From the NCBI RefSeq assembly GCF_009914755.1, contig NC_060926.1: 64,000 nt of DNA; one strand, 5' to 3'. The translations under genes and the position numbers were made by a program. The notes below the pieces were generated by a model. It saw nothing but the letters and a program-made list of their open reading frames with translations. It made no database searches and had not been told where the DNA came from. Numbering within the stretch: position 1 is the first letter of the stretch; each line of letters opens with the position of its first letter. Positions 41,016 through 57,070 of this stretch are shown here, piece after piece. This DNA comes from the human T2T-CHM13v2.0 reference genome, Homo sapiens.

Positions 41016-41963
41016 AAGAAAGCTGAACTTGGGAAGCACAAAGAGAAGCAAGAGCATAGTAGGTATGCAACCCCCAAGTGCTCAACAAGAAGCAAAGGAA
41101 GGAGTAATGAGATCAAAGACCTTTCAAGCTCTCCCCCAAAATAAACAGTCAAATCTAGGATCAGATCCAGACTCTGCTACCCACTGGCAACAAGACCTGG
41201 GAAAATTCCTTAATCTCGCTTAGTTTCAGTTTCCTCAAGTGCAAAATGAGGCAAATAACACTGAGGAAGGGATGTTGTCAGAATCGGGAGAGATCGTGAC
41301 TGTAAAGCACAGTGATAGGCACTTGGGTGACGCTGAGCAATGATCACACTCTATTCCAGCAATGCTTCCCATGCTCCTTCTTCTGGACCCCACTAGAGCT
41401 TTGTAAATGTGCTAGTCTACTGTGACAATATGTTTCCTGGAACAAGTTCTCATTTCAAATATTCTTTGTGCCCTTTGTGCCCATTCATTTCATAGAGTCT
41501 TGATTTGAGAGTTCATAAAATATGTTCAACATAATATAAAATATATTCAACATTGTAGAAGAGACATTTATATATGGATCTGTCTTCTTCTACAAGCTAT
41601 GAGCCTCTTGTAGGCAAGGATATGTGTTACTTTTTTATCTTTATCCTCAATTATTAGCCCAGTATCCAACATAGAGTGGGGTCTTGGTAGATATTAATTG
41701 AGGAAGGAAAGTAGGAAGGAAGGAAGGAAGAAACTGGTTTGTCTCTGTCACATGACATTAGTGAAAAGAGAAGACATTTTGGCATCAGCTAAACCTGGGT
41801 TTGAACCCTGGTTTTGTCTTATAATGGCCAAGTTAATAATACCTTGAATAAAATATCTATAAAATAAGATAATTTCTGACTCATAGCATTGTTGTGAAAT
41901 GACAGTTAAGAATGTTATGCATTCTGCAGATTTTTTAAATTGCAATATAATTTACATAAAGTA

Positions 41964-45240
<3,277 letters not shown>

Positions 45241-45736
45241 CTATAAAGACACATGCACACGTATGTTTATTGCGGCACTATTCACAATAGCAAAGACTTG
45301 GAACCAACCCAAATGTCCAACAATGATAGACTGGATTAAGAAAATGTGGCACATATACAGCATGGAATACTATGCAGCCATAAAAAAATGATGAGTTCAT
45401 GTCCTTTGTAGGGACATGGATGAAATTGGAAATCATCATTCTCAGTAAACTATCGCAAGGACTAAAAACCAAACACCGCATGTTATCACTCATAGGTGGG
45501 AATTGAACAATGAGAACACATGGACACAGGAAGGGGAACATCACACTCTGAGGGCTGTTGTGGGGTGGGGGAGCGGGGAGGGATAACATTAGGAGATATA
45601 CCTAACGCTAAATGACGAGTTAATGGGTGCAGCACACCAGCATGGCACATGTATACATCTGTAACTAACCTGCACATTGTGCACATGTACCCTAAAACTT
45701 AAAGTACAATAATAATAAAATAAAATAAAAAATAAA
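45241..45736 (+). mobile_element. L1PA 3' end (non-inverted part of the same insertion) with A-rich tail
   Basis: L1PA 3'UTR; TSD aatttacataaagta at 41949-41963 and 45737-45751. Confidence 0.96.
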
Positions 45737-45751
45737 AATTTACATAAAGTA

Positions 45752-47530
45752 TACAAATCTTAAGTATGACTCTCAATAATTTTATATATAACTTATGTAG
45801 CCAAATCAAAATATAGAATATTTCCATCAGCCACATGAAGTTCCTAGGGAAGTTTTAAAATGTGGCTGCAAAGTCTTTGAAACTCCTTTCATTGAGAGGT
45901 GGGTACTATGTCCCCTCTCTCTGAATCTGAGCAGGATCGTGACTTCCTTGACCAATAGAATACAGCAGAAGCAACACTGTGTGACTGCCAAGGCTAAACC
46001 AGTAAAGGCCATGCAGGTTCTACCTTATTCTCTGGGACACTCCCTCTTGGTGTCCTGAATACCAAGTAAGAACCCTGATCATCCAAGGTTGCCATGTTGA
46101 AAAGGCCACATGTAGGCACTCCAGTCAAGAGTTCCAGTTGAACCCAGCCTTCCAACCAGCCTGCCAAGATGTCAGACATGAGGGAAGCCATCTTGGACCC
46201 TCAAGACCAGTCTATCTATCAGTGCCACATTAAAAAAAAAGAAGACTTACTTAATCAAGCCCTGTCTGAACACCTGACTCACAAAATTGAGGGGTAGAAT
46301 GTGCTGGTTGTTGTTTTTAGCCACCAAGTTTTAGGGTAGTTTGTCACATAACAATAGATAAATGGAACAGTTCATACTTTTCCTTTCCCAGTCAACAGTA
46401 TCCCAACTCCTCCCCTGAAATTATGATATTTCTAATGTTTACCACCATAGACTAATTTTTCCTGCTCTCAAACTTCATATAACAGAATCACCCAACATGA
46501 ACTGTTGTGACTGCCGTCTTTCACACAATAGAATGTTTTTGAGAGTCATCTATGTTGTATCAGTAACTTTTTATTGCTGAATAGTACTCCATGTTATTAA
46601 TATACTATAACTTATTTATCTGATCTCCTGTTGATAGACATTTGGGGTGTTTCCAGTTTGGGGCTTTTACTAATAAACCTGCTTTCCCAGAAAAGTCTTT
46701 CTTCTACATAAATTTTCATTTCTCCTGGGTATATGTCTGGGAGTAAAACTGTTGCATCATAGACTAGGTATATTTGATATTTATTTGAAAATGTCAAACA
46801 GTTTTCCAAACTGGCTATAGTATTTTAGGCTCCAACAAGCAGCATATAAGAGTTCCAGATGCTCCACACCCCACCAACACTTCTTATTGTTAGTCATTTT
46901 AATTTTAGCCATTCTAATGTGTGTGCAATAATATCTCTATTAGTTTAATTTTCATTTCCCTGATATTTAATAATACTGAGCATTTTATTGGCCACTTAGA
47001 TATCTTTGTGAATTTCCTATTCAATCTTATAGATTTTTTAAAACTGGGTTTTAAAACTCAGTTGTTTGACTTGTTATAATTGAGTCATAAGAGTTCTTTG
47101 TATATTCTTGATGCTAGTCTTTTGGCAAATATTTTCCCCTATACTGTAGCTAACTTTTCACTTTTTTAATTGTGTCTCATGATGAACAGAAATTAATTTG
47201 TGTTTAGTTTTTTATGAAATCCAACTTATCAATTATTTTGTAGTTAGTAGCTTTGTGTTCTACCTAAGAATTCTTTGCCTACTCTGAGGTTACAAGGGAT
47301 TCTCCTATGTTTTCTATGAGTTTTATTGTTTTAGCTTCCACATTTAAGCTTATAACTTATTTCAAATTAATTTGTATGTATAATGTGAAGTAGAAACCAG
47401 GAGGTTTTTTTTTTTTATCCCCCTTACAGATATTCAGTTGCTCCAGTACCACTCATTGAAAAGAGCCTTCTTTCTCCACTGAACTGCATTGGTGTCTTTG
47501 TTGAAAATCAAGTGACCATGTATAGGTGGG
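45752..47530 (-). mobile_element. Old L1M fragment with an MLT1 LTR insertion (~45855-46370)
   Basis: L1 minus-strand motifs 'gttgatagacatttggggtgtttccagtttgggg' and 'ttccacatttaag'; MLT1 end 'gccaccaagttttagggtagtttgtcacataacaatagata'. Confidence 0.8.
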
Positions 47531-48779
47531 TCTACATTCTACACCTTTCCAAAAGTGGCCTAGCTGTCAGGGTGCCTGAAATTTCATCATTAGAGATAAC
47601 TGTCTTTATTATTTGTATGATTTTGGTCTTTAAAATCCCAAATATCTATCTACAATATAACAAATTAAGCCCTGTTCTCTATTTATACCTTTGGGTCTTA
47701 GAATTCATTGAGTCCCTGATAACAGAAATGACCTGCGCTGGAAGTCAGAGGACCTGAGTTACAGATCATTGTAATTCAACACACCATTCACTGAGGACCT
47801 TCTGTTTGCCAGGCATGATGCTTGGGGTGTGTCAGGGGGAGGTGAGAGGCCAAGGAATAAGACACATTCCCTGCCCTTAAGGACTTCACAGCTGGGTTGC
47901 AGGTCTAATGATTTGAGAACACTTTCACTGATCCCAATCCCCACAAAGAAGCCTGGAATTCAGAGTGTAGAATTTGGAGAATGTTTTCTCCTCTAGTAGT
48001 TACAAGAATTTTAAGACATTCTAGTCAATTATCTAACAGGTGACCTAGAACAATATGTGCCTTAAATTTTTCCATTGTTAAAGAATGGCCTCAATCCTCG
48101 GATAACTCACATAAAGTACTTAACTCTGAACTTAATATCTAGTGAATGCTTAATATGTTACCTGTTATTATAATGATGATGATGATTCCTGCCAGGGCTG
48201 CAGTAAGGATAAAATCAAATCACATGGTCACAGAATCTGATGATTGGAAGTAAACTTCCAACTGGAGTTCAGCAGCTAACTATCAGAATTGCCTGGAGAC
48301 CTTGTTGAAAAATATGAATTCCCCAGTCAAGGATTCTGTTCCTTTTTTTCCAAGGTGAGGCCTGGGATTTTACAATTGGAACAAAAATCTCCAGGTATTC
48401 TATGATCAGCCAAGTTTAGAGACCACTAACTTCTGGCACAAACTGAAGAGGGGAGGGGTGGGAAGATTCCTAAAACTGTCCTAGAAATGCTATTATCATA
48501 CAAATAGAATTGGTTAATTAGATACAAGTATTGTCATTGACAAATACTTCCTAGGAGAAACAGCTAGCACAGGGCAAACCCAGAGAAGAAAGGGCATGAG
48601 ACAGGAGGGAGCTGAAGAGGAAGGTCACTGGGTGCCAGAGACTCATTTCAACAATCCCACAGTTTTACCTGGGGCCAGACCGTGCTTAAGACCCAAAACC
48701 AGTTTATGTCAGGTTGATGATAGGTTAAACCAACACATCTGTTAGCCAATTCAAACTAATTTTTTAAAAATCAGCACCA

Positions 48780-49108
<329 letters not shown>

Positions 49109-52074
49109 TCAAGATAAAGCACACAGATATGGCAAACTCCCAGAGAAATGATTTTAAGGAAGGATAGCAAATTTCAAAATCTAACTGAGGCATGGTGACC
49201 CAGCAGGACTGCAGAGGATCAGGGTACCTCCAAAGTTGTGAAAATCCTGCAGACAACAGGCTAAAGAAAACTGATTCCAAGATTGCTGATGGAACCAAGC
49301 AGGGAGGGGTTGAGACTGCTTTTGTCTGCAATAAAATTTTCCACTGGTCACACATTTCTTTTTTCTTTTCTGAGTTTCAGGGTGGGTGAGCAGATGGCTG
49401 GAGCATTGGAAGAGAGTGAGTTCAGGAATCTCACTAAGAAGGGCAAAGTAAGATGAAAGTTTTGGGGTCAGGATTGAGACCAGGAGCCAGAATGACCCCA
49501 ACCCAAAATCTCCAGAAAGGATACTCCAGAAGGGCACAGTCTTGTAGTACAGGAGGAGAAGCCCTCAGCTGGGAAGCAGGAGGTCTTTCTTCAGCCACTA
49601 ACAACCAGAGTGGCCAGGGTAAGCCACTTCCATCTTCAAGCCTCAGTGTAGACATCATTACTGTTCACTAGTTACTAGATCCTACCGTCATGATCTCTAA
49701 GGTCCCTCGCACACTGAGTGGCATTTTCTGGTCTTATGAAGAGGTTAGGAAGCCCACTGGGGCCACTAAAAAAAATGCTTTGCCCACAAAGCTTCACCCA
49801 CTTTTATTCATATCCAATTGTGCCTCTCAGAATGGAGGCTGGGGCAGGATACTAAAGTGGGCTCAGTGGCATGGAGCTGGCGAGGAGGGGGAAGAGGATG
49901 GAGCCCCCAAAGTTCTCCCCATCAGTAGCAGACCCTTTCTATACCTGAGCAGCACAGACCTTTAGAAGCACCAGTGGGGTCCCTGCTAACCCTTCCTCCA
50001 CCCCAACTCTATCTCCACTTCCCATTGTCACCTCCTCATTTCAGCTGGGGAAACGGAAACTTGTTCACCAGGAGTCCCTCTGCTCTCAAAAGAGAGGAAG
50101 TCGAGAAAAGCCAAGGAAAGCACTGCCCAGCATGTCCAATAAGCCAGTAGCATAAAGTGAATTTCATCTTACAATCTGAAAATGCTCAGGTAGATTCTGG
50201 AATGGCCAGCCCACAGTTCAGGAAACTAGAATATTTGGAAGAGAACCCCCAGTCCCATTCTTTTGGGATTCACAATAAGAAGGATAGTTATCTTTAAGAG
50301 AGAGACATATTAATGTTCTCTCTCTTGCTCTCTCATCTAAGTGCATTTATCCCTTTCTTAAAGATAAAGTCAGTAGATTTTTCCTTGTTTCTAATTTAAA
50401 CCTTCTGGCCATCATATAAACCCAATTCCTCCTTTTGAGGGAGGAGGGAGGGCTCCCTAGTAAACAGAACAGCCCACCAAAATTCCTGACTTGAAAACAA
50501 TTCATGGCCTGCCTACAAAATTTCTCAGACTATATTGCCTATAACCTGAAAAATGTCTGTAGGCCCAATTTTCTAAAACTGCTTCTTTCTTTTCTCATAT
50601 TTTGAGAGATGAGGCCCCTAATCCCTTTTAATGGTCACAGCTGTGCCCAATGTGTTTCTGAGGCCTCAACATCTCAAATCCATTGTTGGTAATGATCCCA
50701 GAAGCTTGTTTTTCCTCTACCATGAGAGGGGACAGAAAAATCAGTTCCACAAAATAGGCATTCTTATTCAAGAAGGGTAAGATGCAATGCACACCAAGTG
50801 TGAGCATTGTGTGTTTAAAACCTTTACCCTTTTTCAGACAAGATTCAACCAGCTAATTTCATTCTGCAGCCAATTCTCTTTGTGCAATAACAGCCAAATG
50901 GCTATCTGGGAATCTAAATTGCTAGAGCTTGGTGCCAGATTCACCACCCATGTGGAACACATGTTCAATGACTTTCAAATTTGTGTTTGTGTGTCTGTGT
51001 GTGTGTGTGTGCATGCATGGTTGTGGGGGTGAGTGGGAAAATTCTGCCATCCATGACTTTCTGGAAATGCCAAGATCTGTTTTGTCCTCATCTTAAGTAA
51101 ATGATTTACAGGCTGTAAATACGTTAGTTCCTTGAAAAAGGAGGTATAAAAGGTACATTCCATCCCCAGATCAAATTAAACAATTTACTCCAAAGGGATC
51201 TACTGTCACTCATACCAAGGCTCCTCTGAGCTTCTCTGCATTATCCAAGGACTTTGCTCCATGGCAACAGCCACCTTTTCCAAAGGCCTAGCCTCTGTAC
51301 TTAGTCATGTTCATGTCCCCAGATGATTTTCCTCATCTTTTCTATTGAGGGGTTATTAAACTGACGTATTCCTATATTTCTCCATTTGCTTTAATTTTTC
51401 TTTCCCTCCACCTATTTTCTGAGCTGAAAGAAAGAATGTTATTCCCAGAGGCCAAAGAAACTAGGTAGTCTGAGGAAAGTTCTTTGGATTTGGAAGGTAT
51501 GTCAAGCCCAGTGAGAGTTACAGAGAATTTTCACCAGGATAAGACTGACATGTGGCTAGGACTAAGTGGCCAGGCTTGCTTCACTTGCCTTTTCTCTGAG
51601 TTTCCCACATCTGAGCCACCACAGGAGAACAGGAGACCTCTCCCAGCCTCTTTGGAAACCAATCCTCTTGAGAACTGAGTGCCTTGTAGGAATGCTTTAG
51701 GGAGCTGAACAGGACATGCTGATTCCCTTGCCACGTTTGATTGGCTCCATCATTTTTGTTCCTTTGGTGGTTTTAAAATCTGCTTTCAAACATTTTTCCA
51801 ATTTACTTGTTTCTAAAGTCATAAATTTCAAAAGTGAAGATTTAATGACATTCAACAAATTGTGTATATATAATTTGATTGCCTAGAGAACCTGAGATCT
51901 TCTTTGCTGGACTATGAACAGCCTAAAGACTGAGGGCCTGGCTTTTATCTCTGTATCTCCAGAGCTTAGCCTGGTGATTAGCACATGGTAAGTGCTTAAC
52001 AAAGATAGTTTGGTGAATGAAACAATGAATTAAAGCTCAACACAGACCCAGCACTAGCTAGGAAGACCTTGGGT

Positions 52075-52250
52075 GGATGGAAGAAAGGAAGGAAGAAAGG
52101 GGGAAGAAGGAAGGATGGAAGAAAGGAAGGCAGAGAGGGGAGGAAGGGGAAGGAAGGAAGGGAAAGAGGAAGAAAAGAAGAAAGGAAAAAGGAAGACAGA
52201 AAGGAAGGGAAGGAGGGAGGAAGAGAGAAAGGAAAAAAAATGAAGAAAGG
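52075..52250. repeat. (GGAA)n/GA-rich tract
   Basis: direct inspection. Confidence 0.95.
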
Positions 52251-52401
52251 AAGCTACAGCATAATATACAGCACTGATCCTTCAGAAAGATAAGATATTC
52301 CTACATGAAATACATGGAGAACAATGAAAATCAATGTATATAGCTCCCTGAGCTGGAAGACAAATAAATGAGATAAGAAAGTAAAGTATTCACAGGCAGA
52401 A

Positions 52402-52434
52402 AGAGAATAAGTGTGTGTATGTATGTGTATGTGT

Positions 52435-52474
<40 letters not shown>

Positions 52475-53487
52475 TATGTGTGTGGGGGCTGGAGGGTAGA
52501 CGACGGGTGGGTTGGGGAAGGAAGGTAAAGACTACATAGCATACTGTTAAGTAAAAAGGTTGCAGGCCAGATTTTTCCAGGTCAGCTGTCTCTATTCATC
52601 AGACTGAGTTAATTTCTATAGTTCCAACTCCCTTTGGCCTGAGTAAATGAAACCTAAGAGATGCTTAGCGTTTATGCCCTTGTTTTCTTAGCCCTTCTGA
52701 GTGTGCCGTCAACCCGAGGCATTAGCCACACCCCTCTCTTTCGACACCTCCAGGGATTTGCTCTGTTTATCCAGCAAACTTGCATCAGACTGTCTCTAGC
52801 TTAGGGAGGCTGCTCTGTTGACTCACTAACCTGTTTGAGAAGCTGACAAAATCAACTTTCTCTGTAGGAATCCACAAAAGCAAAAGAGTCTCCTCAAGAC
52901 TCCCCACTCCTTGCCTTTTTGAATGAATCAATCCATCCCCAGCCCAAGTGAAGGACACATCTAAGGAGACCCCTTTTTCCATTTATTTTGTTGGGTTCAG
53001 TGTCATTGCCTATATTGTCCATTTAATTCCATCACAAGATCCTGCATGTTTTGTCTACATGTTGATGGCAGCCCCATCCATTTGATTTGTATTTCTTACA
53101 CTACATGCTGGGCATAAGGGCAATGCACTTAAACTTACGGAAACTCATCCTATGTCACATAAGTGTGCATAAACACACTAACACACACACGAGCACAACC
53201 TGCAAAATCCTATTCAAAGAGAATTCTAAAGTCCTACTTCCCCGAAGAAGCCCTTACATGCTGCACAGAGCTTATGTTTCTGTGCCAGAGAAACTGTCCA
53301 GAGAAACTTCTTGGTTTGCTCAATTGAAGGGAGTTGAGACTATAGGAATTAGCTGTCTGATCAATAGAGATAGCTGACCTGGAAAAATATGGCCTGCAAC
53401 CCTTTTACTTAACAGTATGCTATGTGGTCTTTACCTTCCTTCCCAAACCCACTGCTCCTCTACCCTCCAGCCCCCACACACATACAC

Positions 53488-53543
<56 letters not shown>

Positions 53544-53550
53544 ATTCTTT
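52402..53550. repeat. Long inverted repeat: arms 52402-52635 and 53326-53550, each with a TG/CA microsatellite
   Basis: manual alignment about 90% identical over ~163 nt of unique sequence. Confidence 0.97.
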
Positions 53551-53859
53551 GAAAATTGAGCAAACCAAGAAGATAACAGTGGGGAAAGGAGTTGTCTTGC
53601 ACAGACTGGAAGAAAAGCCTTGTTTCAATTAAATATCTACATATTTAGTCACTGTCTAGAATGAGGTGACATTCCACTACACAAATATATTTTTCTTTGA
53701 GTTCTACTCCATGTCTATATAAATCTTACAGATTTGTTCAACATTTACTGCCATTATTTATAATTGTCTGGGAATACTACAGGTATTAAGTTGATGCTAC
53801 CTGTTTTCCACCAAAAAAAGTCTAGATGATAAGGACTTTACCGCTGAGCAATGACCCCA

Positions 53860-54002
53860 GTCACAAAGATTTTCCAACTCCAAATGCACATTAGATTCAT
53901 CAGGAAATGTTGACTTCAGTCTCCACCCACAGATTTCCAAATCAAGATCTCAGGGGCTGGGGAGTTCTTAGAATCTTTGCTTTTAACCCTTTCCCAGGTG
54001 AC
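53860..54002. mobile_element. MER5-like fragment
   Basis: 'ttttccaactc...gcacattagattcatcaggaaa...ttttaaccctttcccaggtga'. Confidence 0.55.
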
Positions 54003-55380
54003 CATCAGCAGCTATCTCAGCCCTGGTGCATGTGTAAGAGTTAGGACTCACAATCTAGCTTATGCAGCTGGGTTGTTAGCAGGGTCTCCTGGATGGAACA
54101 ACGTCTACCAACCTCCAGATCTTTGTGAAGGCAATATTCCCCATAATGCATTTGAGAGCTAGGTGAAGGAAACCCCACATGTCCAGGGAGAGGAAAATAT
54201 CTCAAAGAAGTCATTTCTTGAGTCAAGACTCCAAAAGATATTCATGCTGGAGATAAGCCCACCTTCTTCCTTTCAATAGTGTCAACATCTTCTCCCACCC
54301 ACCCTTCCCAAATTGTCCACTGTGGGCTTCCTGAGCAGGGAAAAAAATGGAATCATGAAAGATCACTCAGGATTTCTCCAGTGACCCACATATGCATGTT
54401 CCAAAATTACACCTTCTAACATTTACACCAATTTGGCATTTACCCATACTCTGGTTTTCACCTATTCTCCATCCCTAAATGAGATGTTAGTTAAGCTAGT
54501 GCCATAGCAATGGGGACAATCTTGAAGCTAAAATAAACCTCCTCTATATTTCATTCTGTATCATAAAACCCAGGAAATGTATGAAGGTCAAAATCACTCC
54601 TCATCTTCACTCCTGTTTCACCCTACATGCAAACACTGAAAGGGTAGACAAGAGGGTCTCTGAGATGCCTTCTAATTCTCTCTTCTTTATCCTCTACTCT
54701 GGCAACATTAGTCTTTTCTTCTCCACCTTGTCTCTTTCCTTCAGTTTTCCCATTTTATGCTGAGCAGACCACCAGCAAATTCTAAATGGTTATCGATTAC
54801 AATGCAGAAAGAGCTCAGCAGTGATGCTCAATTGTTCTCAAGCTGGTCTTCAGACCCCCTTCTCTTTGAACCTTCTCCAGAGTCTGACATGCCAGGGACA
54901 CAAAATGCTAAGTTTCTAAGTTCTTTATAGCAATAGTCTCATCAGTGTCTACAAGAAGGTCACTGACTGCCCTTCCCCATGACCTGCAGCTGTATTTGTT
55001 TGCAGTCCTAATATCACTGGCTGCTTCTTCTAAACAATTGCCTCCCTGCCCCATCTCCCTCCCACCCCTTATCCCATCAGCCAGCCGTAAGTTACAGGGC
55101 AAGTACAGAACAAATTTGCAATTCTCTCTTCTGCCCCAGGTCTCTCTAAGCACTAATTTTTTCCAGCTTTCACCCTACAGCTCAGATATTTGTACTTGGG
55201 ATTCCTGTCTTACAGATGTATTTGTTTGTGCGATTCCAGGCTGGAATTAAGTTCCTGCCTCTTCCCACCAAGAAGGGATCTCTAAATCTGGAACGTTCTG
55301 TCCTGGACTTTTTGTTGCTGTCCACCAGCACATTCTATTCCGAATCCACAAATGGCTTGGAGAGGAGGTTAGGCAGGGTT

Positions 55381-56063
55381 GAAGCTTTGCTTTTCAGTGG
55401 TCCAGGCTGCAAATATGCAGCCAGCTTACCCCCTAATACACACCAATTTTGGTGACCAACATTGGCCATGCCTAAGTGCCTAAGACCACCAAATGGATAA
55501 ACGCATTCGGCACCAAGCCCCTGCACGGTGGTGAGCATGGAAACCTGGAGGTGCCATTAATTTTCAAGAATGTGGTAAAGATTTGGATCTCTAATCCAAA
55601 CATGATCCTTTCTACTACACGTGCCAGAGCACCCATGGAAAATAAAACTGGGATCACAAAAGGGAAAGTGCAAAAGCCTGGGGGGAGAAAGGCAGACCCA
55701 GCCAACAGACCAGTGCTGCAGACAAACCAAAAAGAAAACCACATTGAAACTTAAATGGGGGAACAGAGGATGGGTTGGTCTTCTTTTCCACTGTTCTTTT
55801 TCCATCCACAGAATTACTCAATATTGGGTGAAGGAGTTCCTTAGATGTTATGGATTTGAAATTTTAAGAAAAAATATGACAGGACTGCTTGTAAATTTCA
55901 ACCAGAGGTGTGCACAGATTATTTTGAAAAGCACCGCAGCCAAGTTCCCTGCTAGAGAACTGGCAGGAGGTCAGAGGGAGGGATGGTGGTGGCCTCCCAT
56001 GTTAGTATTATGGGGTGCGCTGGCTGGATATTTGCAGCCTGGACCCCTGAACAGTAGAGCTCC
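55381..56063. repeat. Inverted repeat: core arms 55381-55439 and 56005-56063
   Basis: 50/59 matches by manual alignment (ggtccaggctgcaaatat / atatttgcagcctggacc). Confidence 0.95.
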
Positions 56064-56289
56064 CAGGCCCAAAGCTGCCTGAATTCAGTGACCTGGAACA
56101 AGCTGTTTTTGCTGAAGACCGAGGCCACTCTGTAACTTCCTGTAGTCCAGACCAAACTGCTGTTTTCAGAAACCTGCTGACAAAGAAAACACAACTGGGG
56201 AAAAAGATCTCCTTTCTTTGTTTTATAATCCCCAAGTTAAAAACTAGAAACCATAGGTTTAATTATCTGGCCTCTTGATTGAGAAACAC

Positions 56290-56299
56290 CACACACACA

Positions 56300-56340
<41 letters not shown>
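56290..56340. repeat. (CA)n microsatellite
   Basis: direct inspection. Confidence 0.97.
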
Positions 56341-56342
<2 letters not shown>

Positions 56343-56481
56343 AAGTTTTCCATTGTGAAATGTAGTGGGAAAAACAAAAACCTGGGAGTCTAGAAACCTG
56401 AGTGTCACTCTGGGCTCTGACAGAGCCTTGCTGGGTGACCTTGGGAAAATTACTATGATTTCCACAGCACCACTCTGCCCC

Positions 56482-57070
56482 TGTGATTGCTAATTTTTTG
56501 TGTCAATTTGGAGTGTGTTTGGGGATTAGATTAATATTGAAATATGCAGAGGTTGAGTAGAGTACATTTCCCTCCATAATGTGGGTGGGCCTCATACCAT
56601 CAGTTGAAGGGCTGCATAGAACAAGAAGACTGGTCTCCCTGAGCAACGGGAGACTCTCCAGCAGCCTGCCTTCAGACTTCATCTGCATCACTGGCTCTCC
56701 TGGGTCTCCAGTCTGCTGGATCACATTGCTGATTTTGGACTCACCAGCCTCCATAACCACATGAGCCAATTCCTCATAATAAATCTCTTTCTACATACAG
56801 ATGCTCCTCAACTTATGATGGGGTTACATCCTGATGAACTCATCATAAATTGAAAATATCATAAGTAGAAAGTGCATTTTCAACTTATATTATTTTTAAC
56901 TTATGATGGGTTTATCCAGATGTAACCCCTGCGTAAATCCAGGAGCATGCTGAAGGTGTACTGCTTTCAAGCCATTGTAAAGTTAAAAATCATAAGTCAA
57001 ACCATAAGTTGAGGACCATCTTATATATACATCCTACTGGTTCTTATTTCTCTGGAGAACCCTGACTAAT
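56482..57070 (+). mobile_element. MLT2 LTR interrupted by Tigger4/MER46 (~56799-57022)
   Basis: MLT2 'ccctccataatgtgggtgggcctcat...cagttgaaggg'; Tigger4 'cagatgctcctcaacttatgatggggttacatcc'. Confidence 0.85.

Noticed and set aside
55335-56082. Two opposite-strand ORFs sharing the peptide LA.YLQPGPL
   Set aside because: By-product of the DNA inverted repeat; no recognisable protein and no exon structure.
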